Positions 15,647-24,100 of a stretch of 32,000 bases of DNA are shown in pieces. Where the stretch lies: NCBI RefSeq assembly GCF_001011035.1, contig NZ_CP011492.1, forward strand, positions 4,459,516 through 4,491,515. Direction: 5' to 3'. The notes under the pieces were generated by a model. The model was not told where the DNA came from and ran no database searches. It saw nothing but the letters and a program-made list of their open reading frames with translations. Positions within the stretch are counted from its first letter, which is position 1, and the number at the start of each line of letters is the position of its first letter. The translations under genes were made by a program, and so were the position numbers. Source of the stretch: Streptomyces sp. CNQ-509 (GTDB lineage Bacteria > Actinomycetota > Actinomycetes > Streptomycetales > Streptomycetaceae).

Positions 15647-16174
15647 ATCGGAGTCCCACTCGGGTTCCGACTGAGGTGCCTTCAAGATTCCTGGAACCCG
15701 CGCGCTTCCGCCTGCGGGGACAAGAAGCGCCCGATACCCAAAGGCCAGCGGCACGGCTGGCCCGCCGGCGAGCTGTACACCGGGCACTACCACCGCTCAC
15801 TGCGGCGCGCCGCCGACGCGCTGACCCACCCCGACCTGATCCGCATCGCCTCCGCGCTCCACGGGCTCGTCCCCTTCGACCGCTCGCTGCACCCGTACAA
15901 CGTCACCCTCCGCCACAAGCGGGCGATCACCACGGAGAAGATGAGCGGACACACCCGCGGCTACGGCCTCTTCGACGCCGACGTGATCTTCCTCGGCGGC
16001 CAGGACTACGCCGAACTGCTGCGCCCGTCCGTCCCGCACCTCCTGGCCCCGCTCACCGGACAGATGGGCGAGCACCGCAGGCTGTGCCGCCACGCCCGGG
16101 AGAACCCCGTGCTGCGCGAGACCTGGTGGGAGCAGGCCGCCGCGTTGTTCGACGAGCACCGGCCGGCACCCTGA
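15647..16174 (+). CDS. DUF6884-like protein, 5' end unresolved (possible truncated remnant)
   Basis: The frame opens after TGA at 15644-15646 and has a high-GC3 codon pattern. It encodes ...ACGDKKRPIPKGQRHGWPAGELYTGHYHRSLRRAADAL..LIRIASALHGLVPFDRSLHPYNVTL..., which recalls DUF6884. No ATG, GTG or TTG occurs in frame before the ATG at 15941; only CTG does, for example at 15671. Confidence 0.4.
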   Translation: MGVPLGFRLRCLQDSWNPRASACGDKKRPIPKGQRHGWPAGELYTGHYHRSLRRAADALTHPDLIRIASALHGLVPFDRSLHPYNVTLRHKRAITTEKMSGHTRGYGLFDADVIFLGGQDYAELLRPSVPHLLAPLTGQMGEHRRLCRHARENPVLRETWWEQAAALFDEHRPAP

Positions 16175-16200
16175 CCGCCCGTGGCGGCCCCACCGCCTGG

Positions 16201-16226
16201 AGCTGCAACGCTGAAGAGGCTCACTG
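16201..16226 (+). repeat. 26-nt direct repeat copy A (GCTGCAACGCTGAAGAGGCTCACTGA)
   Basis: 25 of 26 positions are identical to 20654-20679. The sequence corresponds to the HTH-coding part of an IS630-type transposase. Confidence 0.85.
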
Positions 16227-16282
16227 ATCTGGACCACTGTGACAAGGCGACCGAGCCTTGCGTGTTGCCACGGGTGCGACTG

Positions 16283-19200
16283 TCAGGAAGGGCAGATGTC
16301 GGTGGGCACGTTGATGCTGAGTCCGCGGCGCTCGTCGGCGGTGAGTTCCCGGCCGATGGCCTTGCACACATGGCGCTTCCAGAGGGCGGGGTCGAGGCGG
16401 AGCAGGTCGTAGGGCTCAAGGTTCATGGGGTCGCGAAGTATCGCCTTGCCGTCGCTGGTCGCTGCCGGGAAGGCTTGTTCTTCGCCGAATTCGTAGATGT
16501 CCTGGTAGCCGGGTTCGTCGGCCTTGAGGAAGTGGATGGAGCCCTTGTAAGCGAGGAAGAATCCGGCTCCCCCGGTAGGGCGCAGCGACCACTCCTTTGA
16601 CCACTCTTTGTCGGTGAGTGGCCCGAACGGGCCCACTACTCTCCTTGCCGGGCGCCCAGGGTGGACAGACCAGAGCTCAGCCATCTGGGCCGTGGTCAGG
16701 ACGGTTACGTACTCCGGGTCATCCAAGAAGGAGGCCGAAAAAAGGTCATCGGCGAGACGTACGCGGAACTTTTCCTCGGGTTCTCCTGTGCGCAGGTCGA
16801 CGGCGTGCATGTACGGCTCACCGGCCACCGTTACGCTCACAAACCCAGGCTTGGGATGGTCTCGCACAGTGAAGGTGGAAGGGTCCTTCTTGGTCAGGCT
16901 TATATCGTGCAGATCAATGGGCTGCGATAGACGTCGACCACTGCGGGCGTCCCAACTCTCCACGACAGAACCGGACGTCGTGACGATCCGGTTGTCGCCG
17001 TGGAAGCTGAGAAACACCGCTGACTGTTCCCGTGGTTCCGGAGCGGGGGGCTTCGCGGTGCGAAACTCCGCTACCGGACGTAGAGAAGGAAGCGCACGGA
17101 CCACGATTCGATTCCTTTCTAAGACGTCCGCCACCAGTGTTCCGGGCCCGTTTACTTCGAGGGGCACGTATGGTTCTAGAACGGCGCTGGATGTGACCTC
17201 GGAGAGGATCCGTCCTTCGCCTTCTGTCTCCACGACCCGCAGCAGACCGGTGTCTTCCTTCCTTGCCCTGATGACCATCCTGCTGCCGTCGCCGAGCAGC
17301 TGCGGCTCCGGGTCCGTACTGTCGTCGTACAGTGTTCGCGCCCACCCTTTGAGCGCGTTTCCTTCGTTAGTCACCAAGGTTGGTGTTTGAGGAGGCCCGA
17401 CAAGGAAGGGGGTAGAGTCGACCAGCGGGGAGTACTCGGCGCGGTCGGAGTAACTCAGCGGATCGGGGCCGAGGAAATATGTCCGCGGCGGGATACCGGG
17501 GCGAGTACCGACAAGGTCCCAGTGGTTGGACGAACTGTTCACGACCGCGAAATAGTCGCCGGTGCCGTCGACGGCGATGTCGGAAGACGTGCAGTCATAC
17601 TTATATTCGTCCATGCTGACGGTTCTCAGCACCTGCCCGTCCGATACACGAACAACGCGAAACTGTGTCTCCGGACCCGTGCAGGAGACCGCCACGCCGG
17701 CGTTTCCCGAAATCGCGACCGCGGCTCCACTTGACAACTCGCGTATGGCGCCCGTAGCGATGTCGACCTTCACCAGAGAGGGGCGAGGCTGGAGTCGCTT
17801 GGCCACAACCGTGTTCTCGTCGGGCCCGAACCACACGCTGTCCAAGCCACGGATTCGCTTGGGCAGGACCCGAGGCCGCCCGGTCGTCAGGTCCCACAGT
17901 TGCAGGGGCTGTGTCGACACGGACGCGCCGACCAGGAAACGGGAGTCCGGAGAGAAGTCCATGCGGTTACGGCGGCCATCGACTGGTAGCGATTCGGGCT
18001 CCAAGAGCGCGCCTCGGAGGATGCGCATTGGTCCCGCCAGTCGCTCTCCCGTGGGTGTCACGTCGTGCCAGACCACCACGCCGTCCGCGCCGCGCACGTA
18101 GGCAATCCGGCTGCCGTCGGAGCTGACCACAGGGGCCTGGACGTCGTCCACGAAACGGAGCTGCGTATGCCGGACGCTGCCGTCGGCCGTACGGACGAAC
18201 AGGGTCGCTCGGCCCGTCACGCTCGTCACGAGGGCCACCGTTCCCTCATCGCTGACGTCCGCCTCCACTATCTTTCCTTGAGCCCCTGCCAGCACCCACG
18301 CCGCGCCCTTCAGCTCCGCGTACCGCCGCATCAGCGCGCTGCGGGCCTCCTGCGTGGGTGCGATGTCGTACGCCGCAAGCGCTGCCAGACCTGCCTGAGC
18401 GGGGTTGCTGTCCGTCAGTTCGTCCGACTGAATCGCAAGAGACCTTGACTGGCCCTCCGCCGCCCGTTCGGCGCTCACGCGCGACTCTTGCGCGAGGAAT
18501 GTGCCGAGCCCCGCGATCAGCACGAGGGCCGACCCCACCGCGATCCAGCCCGCGCGCACCCGGGCGCGCCGCGCCTGCCGGCGCCTGCGGGCCAGCGTGA
18601 GGAAGTCCCGTTGCTCTTCGGCCAGGTCTTTCTCACGGCCCCGTAATCTTCCTTCCAACGCCGCGAGTTGAAGGGCGCCGGGTAGCAGATCCGCCGGGCT
18701 GTCCGCCTTCCGCCACCGCTCAAGGTCGTGCTGCACCTCCGCCCGGCAGGCGAGGAAGTCCGCGTCGGCCCGGACCAGTTCGAAGAGCGTCGGCCACGCG
18801 GTGATCAGTGCCTCGTGTGCCAACTCGACGCTCTCAGGGCGACCTTCGCCCCCGTACAGGACCAGCAGGCGTCGCTCGGCCAGCGACTGTGCGAGGCGCC
18901 AGCGGCTTTCTCCGGCTTCGTCGCGGGTCAGCCGGCGCCGCAGTGGAGCCTCGCCACCGGGCAGCACCCGGACCAGCCCGGTCAGCAGTGCCAGCGCCTC
19001 AGCCTCGTCCCCAGACGGGACGCACTGCCGCCACGCTGTCTCTGCGTGGCGGCGCAGAGCGCCGGACACCCCGCCGATGTCCTCGTACGTCGTGGCCAGA
19101 AGACGGCCGGCCACCTGGTGCTCCCACAGCTGCTCCAAGACGAAGCCGAGCAGCGGGAGTACGCCTGGTTCGCCGCCCGTGTCGTTCAGTACGCGCCCGG

Positions 19201-20554
19201 CCAGCCCCGGGTCGTATTCCACCGCCGGTACCGTCTCGACCGGTTTGGTGATCACCTCTCGGAGCTGGTCGCGGGACATCGGCGTGAGCGGCAGCGTGGT
19301 ACCACCACGCAGGACAGCTCCGAGGCGCGGGTGTTCGAGGGCAGCATTCATGAAGTCCGCGCGGAGGGTGAGCAGCACCCGTCCCACGGTGGCGGGCAGA
19401 CGGTCGTGGAAGAGCAGTTCCACGAGTTCGCCGAGTTCGGCGTCCGTGCGGTCGACGAGTGCCTCTGCCTGGTCGAGGACGATCAGCGTTCTGCCGGTGG
19501 CCGTGCCGCGGAGCCGGTGGAGCGTGTCGGTGAGCCCCTTGTCCGCGAGCCAGGTCTCCACCTGGTCCACGCTCTCCACCGGCCTTGGTCCGAAACGGCC
19601 TGTACGGACAGCCTCGTGGAGTTCGGTGGCGAGCGCGGAGCGCAGGGACGAGACCTGCCCGGCGTTCACCACGAACACCTCGTACCCGGCCTGCCGCATC
19701 CGCGGAGCAACCCCGGCCAGCGCCAGTGACGACTTCCCGCAGCCCGACGGCCCGTACAAGGTGACAGCGGAGTCGGCGCCACACAGCGCGGTGACAACGC
19801 GCTCTACGTCGCCGTCACGGCCGAAGTAGACGTCCGCATCCTGCTCCTGGAAGGTCGCCAAGCCACGGAAGGGCGTGGGTGGGCTCACAACGGCAGCGAG
19901 CGAGGGAACCTCCCGCAACACGCTTCTGGTCCGCAGCACGTACGCCTGCTGCGCATCCTGCTGCGGCTGTGCGGCCACGAGTAGACCGACCACCGCACCC
20001 AGTTCGTTGTCCCAGACCGGACTGCCGCTGAACCCGCGCTGGACGTGTACGGTCTGCCCATCGGCCCGGGAGAGCTGGAGCCAGCCCTCGCTAGTGGCAC
20101 CGCTGAGCTTTCCGCGGAACCAGGTCTCCCCCGGCTCGCCACCCGTGAACCCCACCGCACGCGCTCCGTGATTCCATACGCTCGCAGCGTCGACCATCGG
20201 CAGGGGATGGGCAAAGGGGATCGCCTCCCGAAGCCGCAGGACCGCGATGTCGCCCGCGTGGCCGGCCCTGATCGGCACCCAATGTTCGACCTCGGCCGAC
20301 CACACGCCGGGCCCGACTCCGTCTCGACGCTCGGCCAACGGCAGCTCGACGTTGACCACCTTCCCGGTCGGCACCGTCTCGTGACGGGGCTGGTCCAACG
20401 CGTCCGACACCACGTGGGCGCAGGTCAGTACCAGATCCGCGGCGACGAGGAAACCCGCTCCGCTCAGCGCCCCGTTCTGCCCGGTGACCCGGACGACCGA
20501 TGAGGCCAGCGCATCGTCCGGACTCGATGGCGTCCTGTACGCGGTACCTGACAT
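16283..20554 (-). CDS. Trypsin-like serine protease + STAND (nSTAND-type) P-loop NTPase + single TM helix + degenerate WD40-like beta-propeller (1423 aa)
   Basis: Protease triad context: LVLTCAHVV (His), GDIAVLRL (Asp), GFSGSPVW (Ser). NTPase: FRGLATFQEQDADVYFGRD..., Walker A LYGPSGCGKSSLALAG (about 19733-19759) and Walker B LIVLDQAEAL. The TM helix AGWIAVGSALVLIAGLGTFLAQ maps to 18488-18553. The C-terminal ~730 aa contain repeats such as LQLWDLTTGRP and VESWDARSGRR. The ATG at 20554 has AGGGGG upstream. Confidence 0.85.
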   Translation of the reverse strand: MSGTAYRTPSSPDDALASSVVRVTGQNGALSGAGFLVAADLVLTCAHVVSDALDQPRHETVPTGKVVNVELPLAERRDGVGPGVWSAEVEHWVPIRAGHAGDIAVLRLREAIPFAHPLPMVDAASVWNHGARAVGFTGGEPGETWFRGKLSGATSEGWLQLSRADGQTVHVQRGFSGSPVWDNELGAVVGLLVAAQPQQDAQQAYVLRTRSVLREVPSLAAVVSPPTPFRGLATFQEQDADVYFGRDGDVERVVTALCGADSAVTLYGPSGCGKSSLALAGVAPRMRQAGYEVFVVNAGQVSSLRSALATELHEAVRTGRFGPRPVESVDQVETWLADKGLTDTLHRLRGTATGRTLIVLDQAEALVDRTDAELGELVELLFHDRLPATVGRVLLTLRADFMNAALEHPRLGAVLRGGTTLPLTPMSRDQLREVITKPVETVPAVEYDPGLAGRVLNDTGGEPGVLPLLGFVLEQLWEHQVAGRLLATTYEDIGGVSGALRRHAETAWRQCVPSGDEAEALALLTGLVRVLPGGEAPLRRRLTRDEAGESRWRLAQSLAERRLLVLYGGEGRPESVELAHEALITAWPTLFELVRADADFLACRAEVQHDLERWRKADSPADLLPGALQLAALEGRLRGREKDLAEEQRDFLTLARRRRQARRARVRAGWIAVGSALVLIAGLGTFLAQESRVSAERAAEGQSRSLAIQSDELTDSNPAQAGLAALAAYDIAPTQEARSALMRRYAELKGAAWVLAGAQGKIVEADVSDEGTVALVTSVTGRATLFVRTADGSVRHTQLRFVDDVQAPVVSSDGSRIAYVRGADGVVVWHDVTPTGERLAGPMRILRGALLEPESLPVDGRRNRMDFSPDSRFLVGASVSTQPLQLWDLTTGRPRVLPKRIRGLDSVWFGPDENTVVAKRLQPRPSLVKVDIATGAIRELSSGAAVAISGNAGVAVSCTGPETQFRVVRVSDGQVLRTVSMDEYKYDCTSSDIAVDGTGDYFAVVNSSSNHWDLVGTRPGIPPRTYFLGPDPLSYSDRAEYSPLVDSTPFLVGPPQTPTLVTNEGNALKGWARTLYDDSTDPEPQLLGDGSRMVIRARKEDTGLLRVVETEGEGRILSEVTSSAVLEPYVPLEVNGPGTLVADVLERNRIVVRALPSLRPVAEFRTAKPPAPEPREQSAVFLSFHGDNRIVTTSGSVVESWDARSGRRLSQPIDLHDISLTKKDPSTFTVRDHPKPGFVSVTVAGEPYMHAVDLRTGEPEEKFRVRLADDLFSASFLDDPEYVTVLTTAQMAELWSVHPGRPARRVVGPFGPLTDKEWSKEWSLRPTGGAGFFLAYKGSIHFLKADEPGYQDIYEFGEEQAFPAATSDGKAILRDPMNLEPYDLLRLDPALWKRHVCKAIGRELTADERRGLSINVPTDICPS

Positions 20555-20639
20555 CGTGCCCCCTGCCTGGATGCCCCTCGGTCAACCTGTTTGAGAATCT
20601 TCCCCAGTTGGGTCCTCGAAGTCACGGCGGCTCCAGCTC

Positions 20640-21058
20640 AGACGCTGCAACGCTGAAGAGGCTCAGTGAGCGGTCGGTGGAGCGGTGGCGCCGGGCCGGC
20701 GCGAACGCGGCGAGGCCGGGGTCCTGACGAAGGAATCGCCGGGCCGCCCGAGACTCGGACCGACGCAGATCGCCAGGCTGGACCGGGAAGGGGAGTGTGG
20801 TCTGCTCGCCCGTGGCTGGGCGGACCAGCGATGGGCGCTGGTGCGGGTGAAGACGCTGATCGGGCGGCTGTTCCACGTGTCCTACATGGTGGAGGGCTCC
20901 TGGCGCCTGCTGAAGCGGCACGGCTGGTCGTGGCAGCAGCCCGCCAGGCGGGCGATCGAGTGGGACGGGGAAGCGGTCGAGCTGTGGAAGAAGGAGGTCT
21001 GGCCGCAGGTAAGGGCACCGCGGCGGCGTGCGACGGCTGGATCGTCTTCGAGAACGAA
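20640..21058 (+). pseudogene. IS630-family transposase fragment (N-terminal HTH region only, frameshifted, truncated at both ends)
   Basis: Spliced by eye across at least 2 frameshifts, it reads AATLKRLSERSVERWRRA / GRRERGEAGVLTKESPGRPRLGPTQIARLDRE..GWADQRWALVRVKTLIGRLFHVSYMVEGSWRLLKRHGWSWQQPARRAIEWDGEAVELWKKEVWPQV / KGTAAACDGWIVFENE. This matches the IS630 N-terminal pattern. No DDE core follows. Confidence 0.7.
20654..20679 (+). repeat. 26-nt direct repeat copy B (GCTGCAACGCTGAAGAGGCTCAGTGA)
   Basis: 25 of 26 positions are identical to 16201-16226. It lies inside the IS630 fragment. Confidence 0.85.
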
Positions 21059-21100
21059 CGTCTTGTCCACCTCTCGGATCTGAACATGCACGGATTCGGA

Positions 21101-24100
21101 TCAGGAGGGGCAGAGTCGGCCCGGGAGCGGTCCCGGCAGCGTATCGCGCTCGTCATCGGTCAGCTCACGGCCGACTACTTTGCAGACTTGCTTCTCCCAG
21201 AGGGCGGGGTCGAGGCGTGTGAGTTTCAGGGGGCCACTCGGAATCGATGTGTCCCTGTCGTCCCGAGCGGGACTACCGAGGAACGCCTTGCCGTCGCTGG
21301 TGTTCGCCGGTTCGAAAAACTGATTCCTTCCGAACTTGTAGGTGTCCCGGTACGACGGATCACTCAAATTGAGGAACACGATGGTATCGCCGTAGGCTAC
21401 AAAGAACTTAGCGTCCGCGGGATTCCCGACCGTGAATTCGCCGGACTCCAGTGGCCCCATTTGCGAAAACACCCTTCGTGGCGGCTTACCTGGCTCAGCA
21501 TTCCACAATTCCAAGACGCGGCCGGTGGTCAATACCGCCATGTACCTGCTGTCCTTGAGGAATTCCGCTGTCAGGAGGTCATCGTGCAATGAGATACGGA
21601 GGTTCTTCCGCTCCCGGCCTGTCCGCAGGTCAACCGCGTACACGTTCGGCTTGCCGGACACGGCAACCCCGATCATCCCCGGAACCCGATGTCTCGAAAT
21701 GAAGTATTCCCGCTTGTCCCGGGAGGTCGGCTGGAGATCCATCAGGTCGATCTGCCCGCCGAGGCGCCGGCCATCGGCGACGTCCCAGTGCTCGACGCGA
21801 GAGCCTGAAAGCGTCACGAGTCGGTCAGCCGGAAGAAATTCGAGGGTGACCGGGTTCGGATCCTTGGGAGCCCATGGCGGTGGGGGCGCAACTTTGAACT
21901 CGGAGATCTTCTTCAGCGATGGCAAGCGGCGTACTGTGACCCGGGTATCGTCCGACACATCCGCCATGAGCGTCTGCGAGTCATTGACGGCGAATAGCTG
22001 ATCCCGGGAAGGCGGTGTCTTGAACGCGACGGACGTCTCGGACACCACTCGTTGGTTCCCTTCGGTCTCCACAATGGTCAGCTTGTCGCCTTCGCCTCTC
22101 GTTCGGACCAGCATCGTGCTCCCGTCGCCCAGCAGGTGCGGGCGTCCGTACGCGGTCTCGCCCTCGGAGTCGGTCAGCTTCTGCCCGATGAGTCTGTTAT
22201 CGCGCAGGACGGGCACGACTGGCTCGTCGGCGGTGCCGAGCAGCGGGAGATCCGGCCCCCCCAGCTCTGGACCGGGGCCGAGGGTCTTCCTGGGGCGGGC
22301 GTCACCACTGGTTGGCAGCACTTCCCAGTCGACGTTGAGAGCGTTGGCCTCCCGGGCGAACCGCGTCCCCGACGGGGCGAGCCGCGTTTCTCCGCACAAG
22401 CCGCGGTCGTCCCGGTAGCTGCGTAGGACCTTCCCGTCCGCCACGCGTATCGCCGTGTAAGAGACGCTGTATTTCTCGACATCGGGGTTTCTTCGGCAGG
22501 AAAGCGCCACAGTTCCGTCGGCCGACACCCAGGCTTCATTTCTCGAATCGTTGGGGTTGTCTTCGAAAGGCTCGGTCAGCCGACGCATTTTCTCGGTCCG
22601 GAGGTCGACGGCGATCATTGATTTGGACGGTGCTTCCAGAACCATCGTCCGGTTGTCAGGACCGAACCACGCCTTCGTCGCGATCGCGTATTTCTCCGGC
22701 AGTTCATGCGTGCGCCCTGTCTCCAGGTCCCACACCCGCACGGGGTGCTCCGGCTGATCGAATACACCGGCGTCGTCTCCCGACTCGACCAGAAATCGAC
22801 CGTCGGGTGAGAAGCTCGTCTCCTTGAACTGAAGCAACGAACTGCTGCGGTCCTGCGCGTCCGGCGCGGTACGCTCCGGCATTTCGAGCGGGTGCCCGCG
22901 GCCTACCAGCGTCTGCCCCGTAAACGAGACGTTGTGCCAGACGACCACCCCGTCGTCCGCTCGTACGTAGGAGATCCGTCGCCCGTCGAAACTTACGTCG
23001 GGGTCATTGATCCTGGGGCGCAGGCGAAGGCTCTCCTGTCGCACCTGGCCCTGTGCCGTTCGTACGAACAGCACTGCGCGCCCACCCTCGGTCTGCACCA
23101 GCGCCACTTTGCCGTCTGCGCTCATCGCGGCGTCCTCGAACTTCCCTTCGGCCGCCGACAGGCTCCACTCCTCGTCGCGGACCTCGGCGTAGCGCCGTAG
23201 CAGCGCATTCCGGGCCTCCTGCGTCGGCGCGGCCTCGTACGCGGCCAGGGCGGCGAGGGCCGCGTGACTGGGATTGGTGTCGACCAGGTCGTCGGACTGC
23301 ACCGCCAGCGCCCTGGAGCGTGCTTCTGCCGCCCGCTGGCTGCTGACCTGGGACTGCAGGACACCGAACGTGGTCAGAGTCGCAATGAGCGTGAGCGTCA
23401 GGGCGCCAGCCGTCCAGCGAAGCCGGGTGCGCTTGCGGGCCGCCCGATGCCGTCTCCGTGCCGCGTGAAGGAACTCACGTTGGTCTTGGGTCAGTTCGTC
23501 GGTGCGACCGTCCAGCCTTTGCATAAGGTTGTCGAGTTGGAAACCGCCCGGTAGCAGGTCCGCACGGCGCTCTGCCTGCTCCCAACGCTCCAGGTCGTGC
23601 TGGATCTCGGCTCGCGCGTTCAGGAAGGCTGCGCCGTCTCTGACTACCTCGGCCAGCTCGGGCCACTCGGTGATCAGCGCCTCGTGTACCAGTTCCACGC
23701 TCTCGGCCTGACCGTTCCCGCCGTACAGGACGAGCAGACGCTTATCCTCCATGGCCATTTCTTGGGCAAGCCGCCAGCGCTCCTCACCGGCCTCCTCGCG
23801 GGTCAGCGGGCGCCGCAGAGTGGCCTCCCCGCCCGGAACCACCCGCACGAGGCCGGCCAGCAGACGTCGTGCCTCCGCCTCTGATTCGGGCGACACACAC
23901 TGCTTCCATACCTGTTTGGCATGGTTGACCAAAGCGCCCTTGACACCACCGATCTGCTGGTAGGTCGCGGCGCTCAGCTGTCCGCCGTGCTGCTTGTCCC
24001 ACAGCTCCTTCAGCAGGAACCCTAAGAGCGGCAGAATGCCCGGATCGGTGCCGGCGTCGTCCAGAATCCGCATGTCGAGGCCGGGGTCGTAGAACACCGC

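Noticed and set aside
15643-16227. 194-aa frame-1 ORF
   Set aside because: Its product is Arg/Pro-rich off-frame sequence. The overlapping frame (15647-16174) has the high-GC3 pattern and a DUF6884-like sequence.
16242-16259. Terminator hairpin after the downstream giant gene (CAAGGC-N6-GCCTTG)
   Set aside because: The stem is only 6 bp and there is no U-tract, which is too weak to call as a feature.
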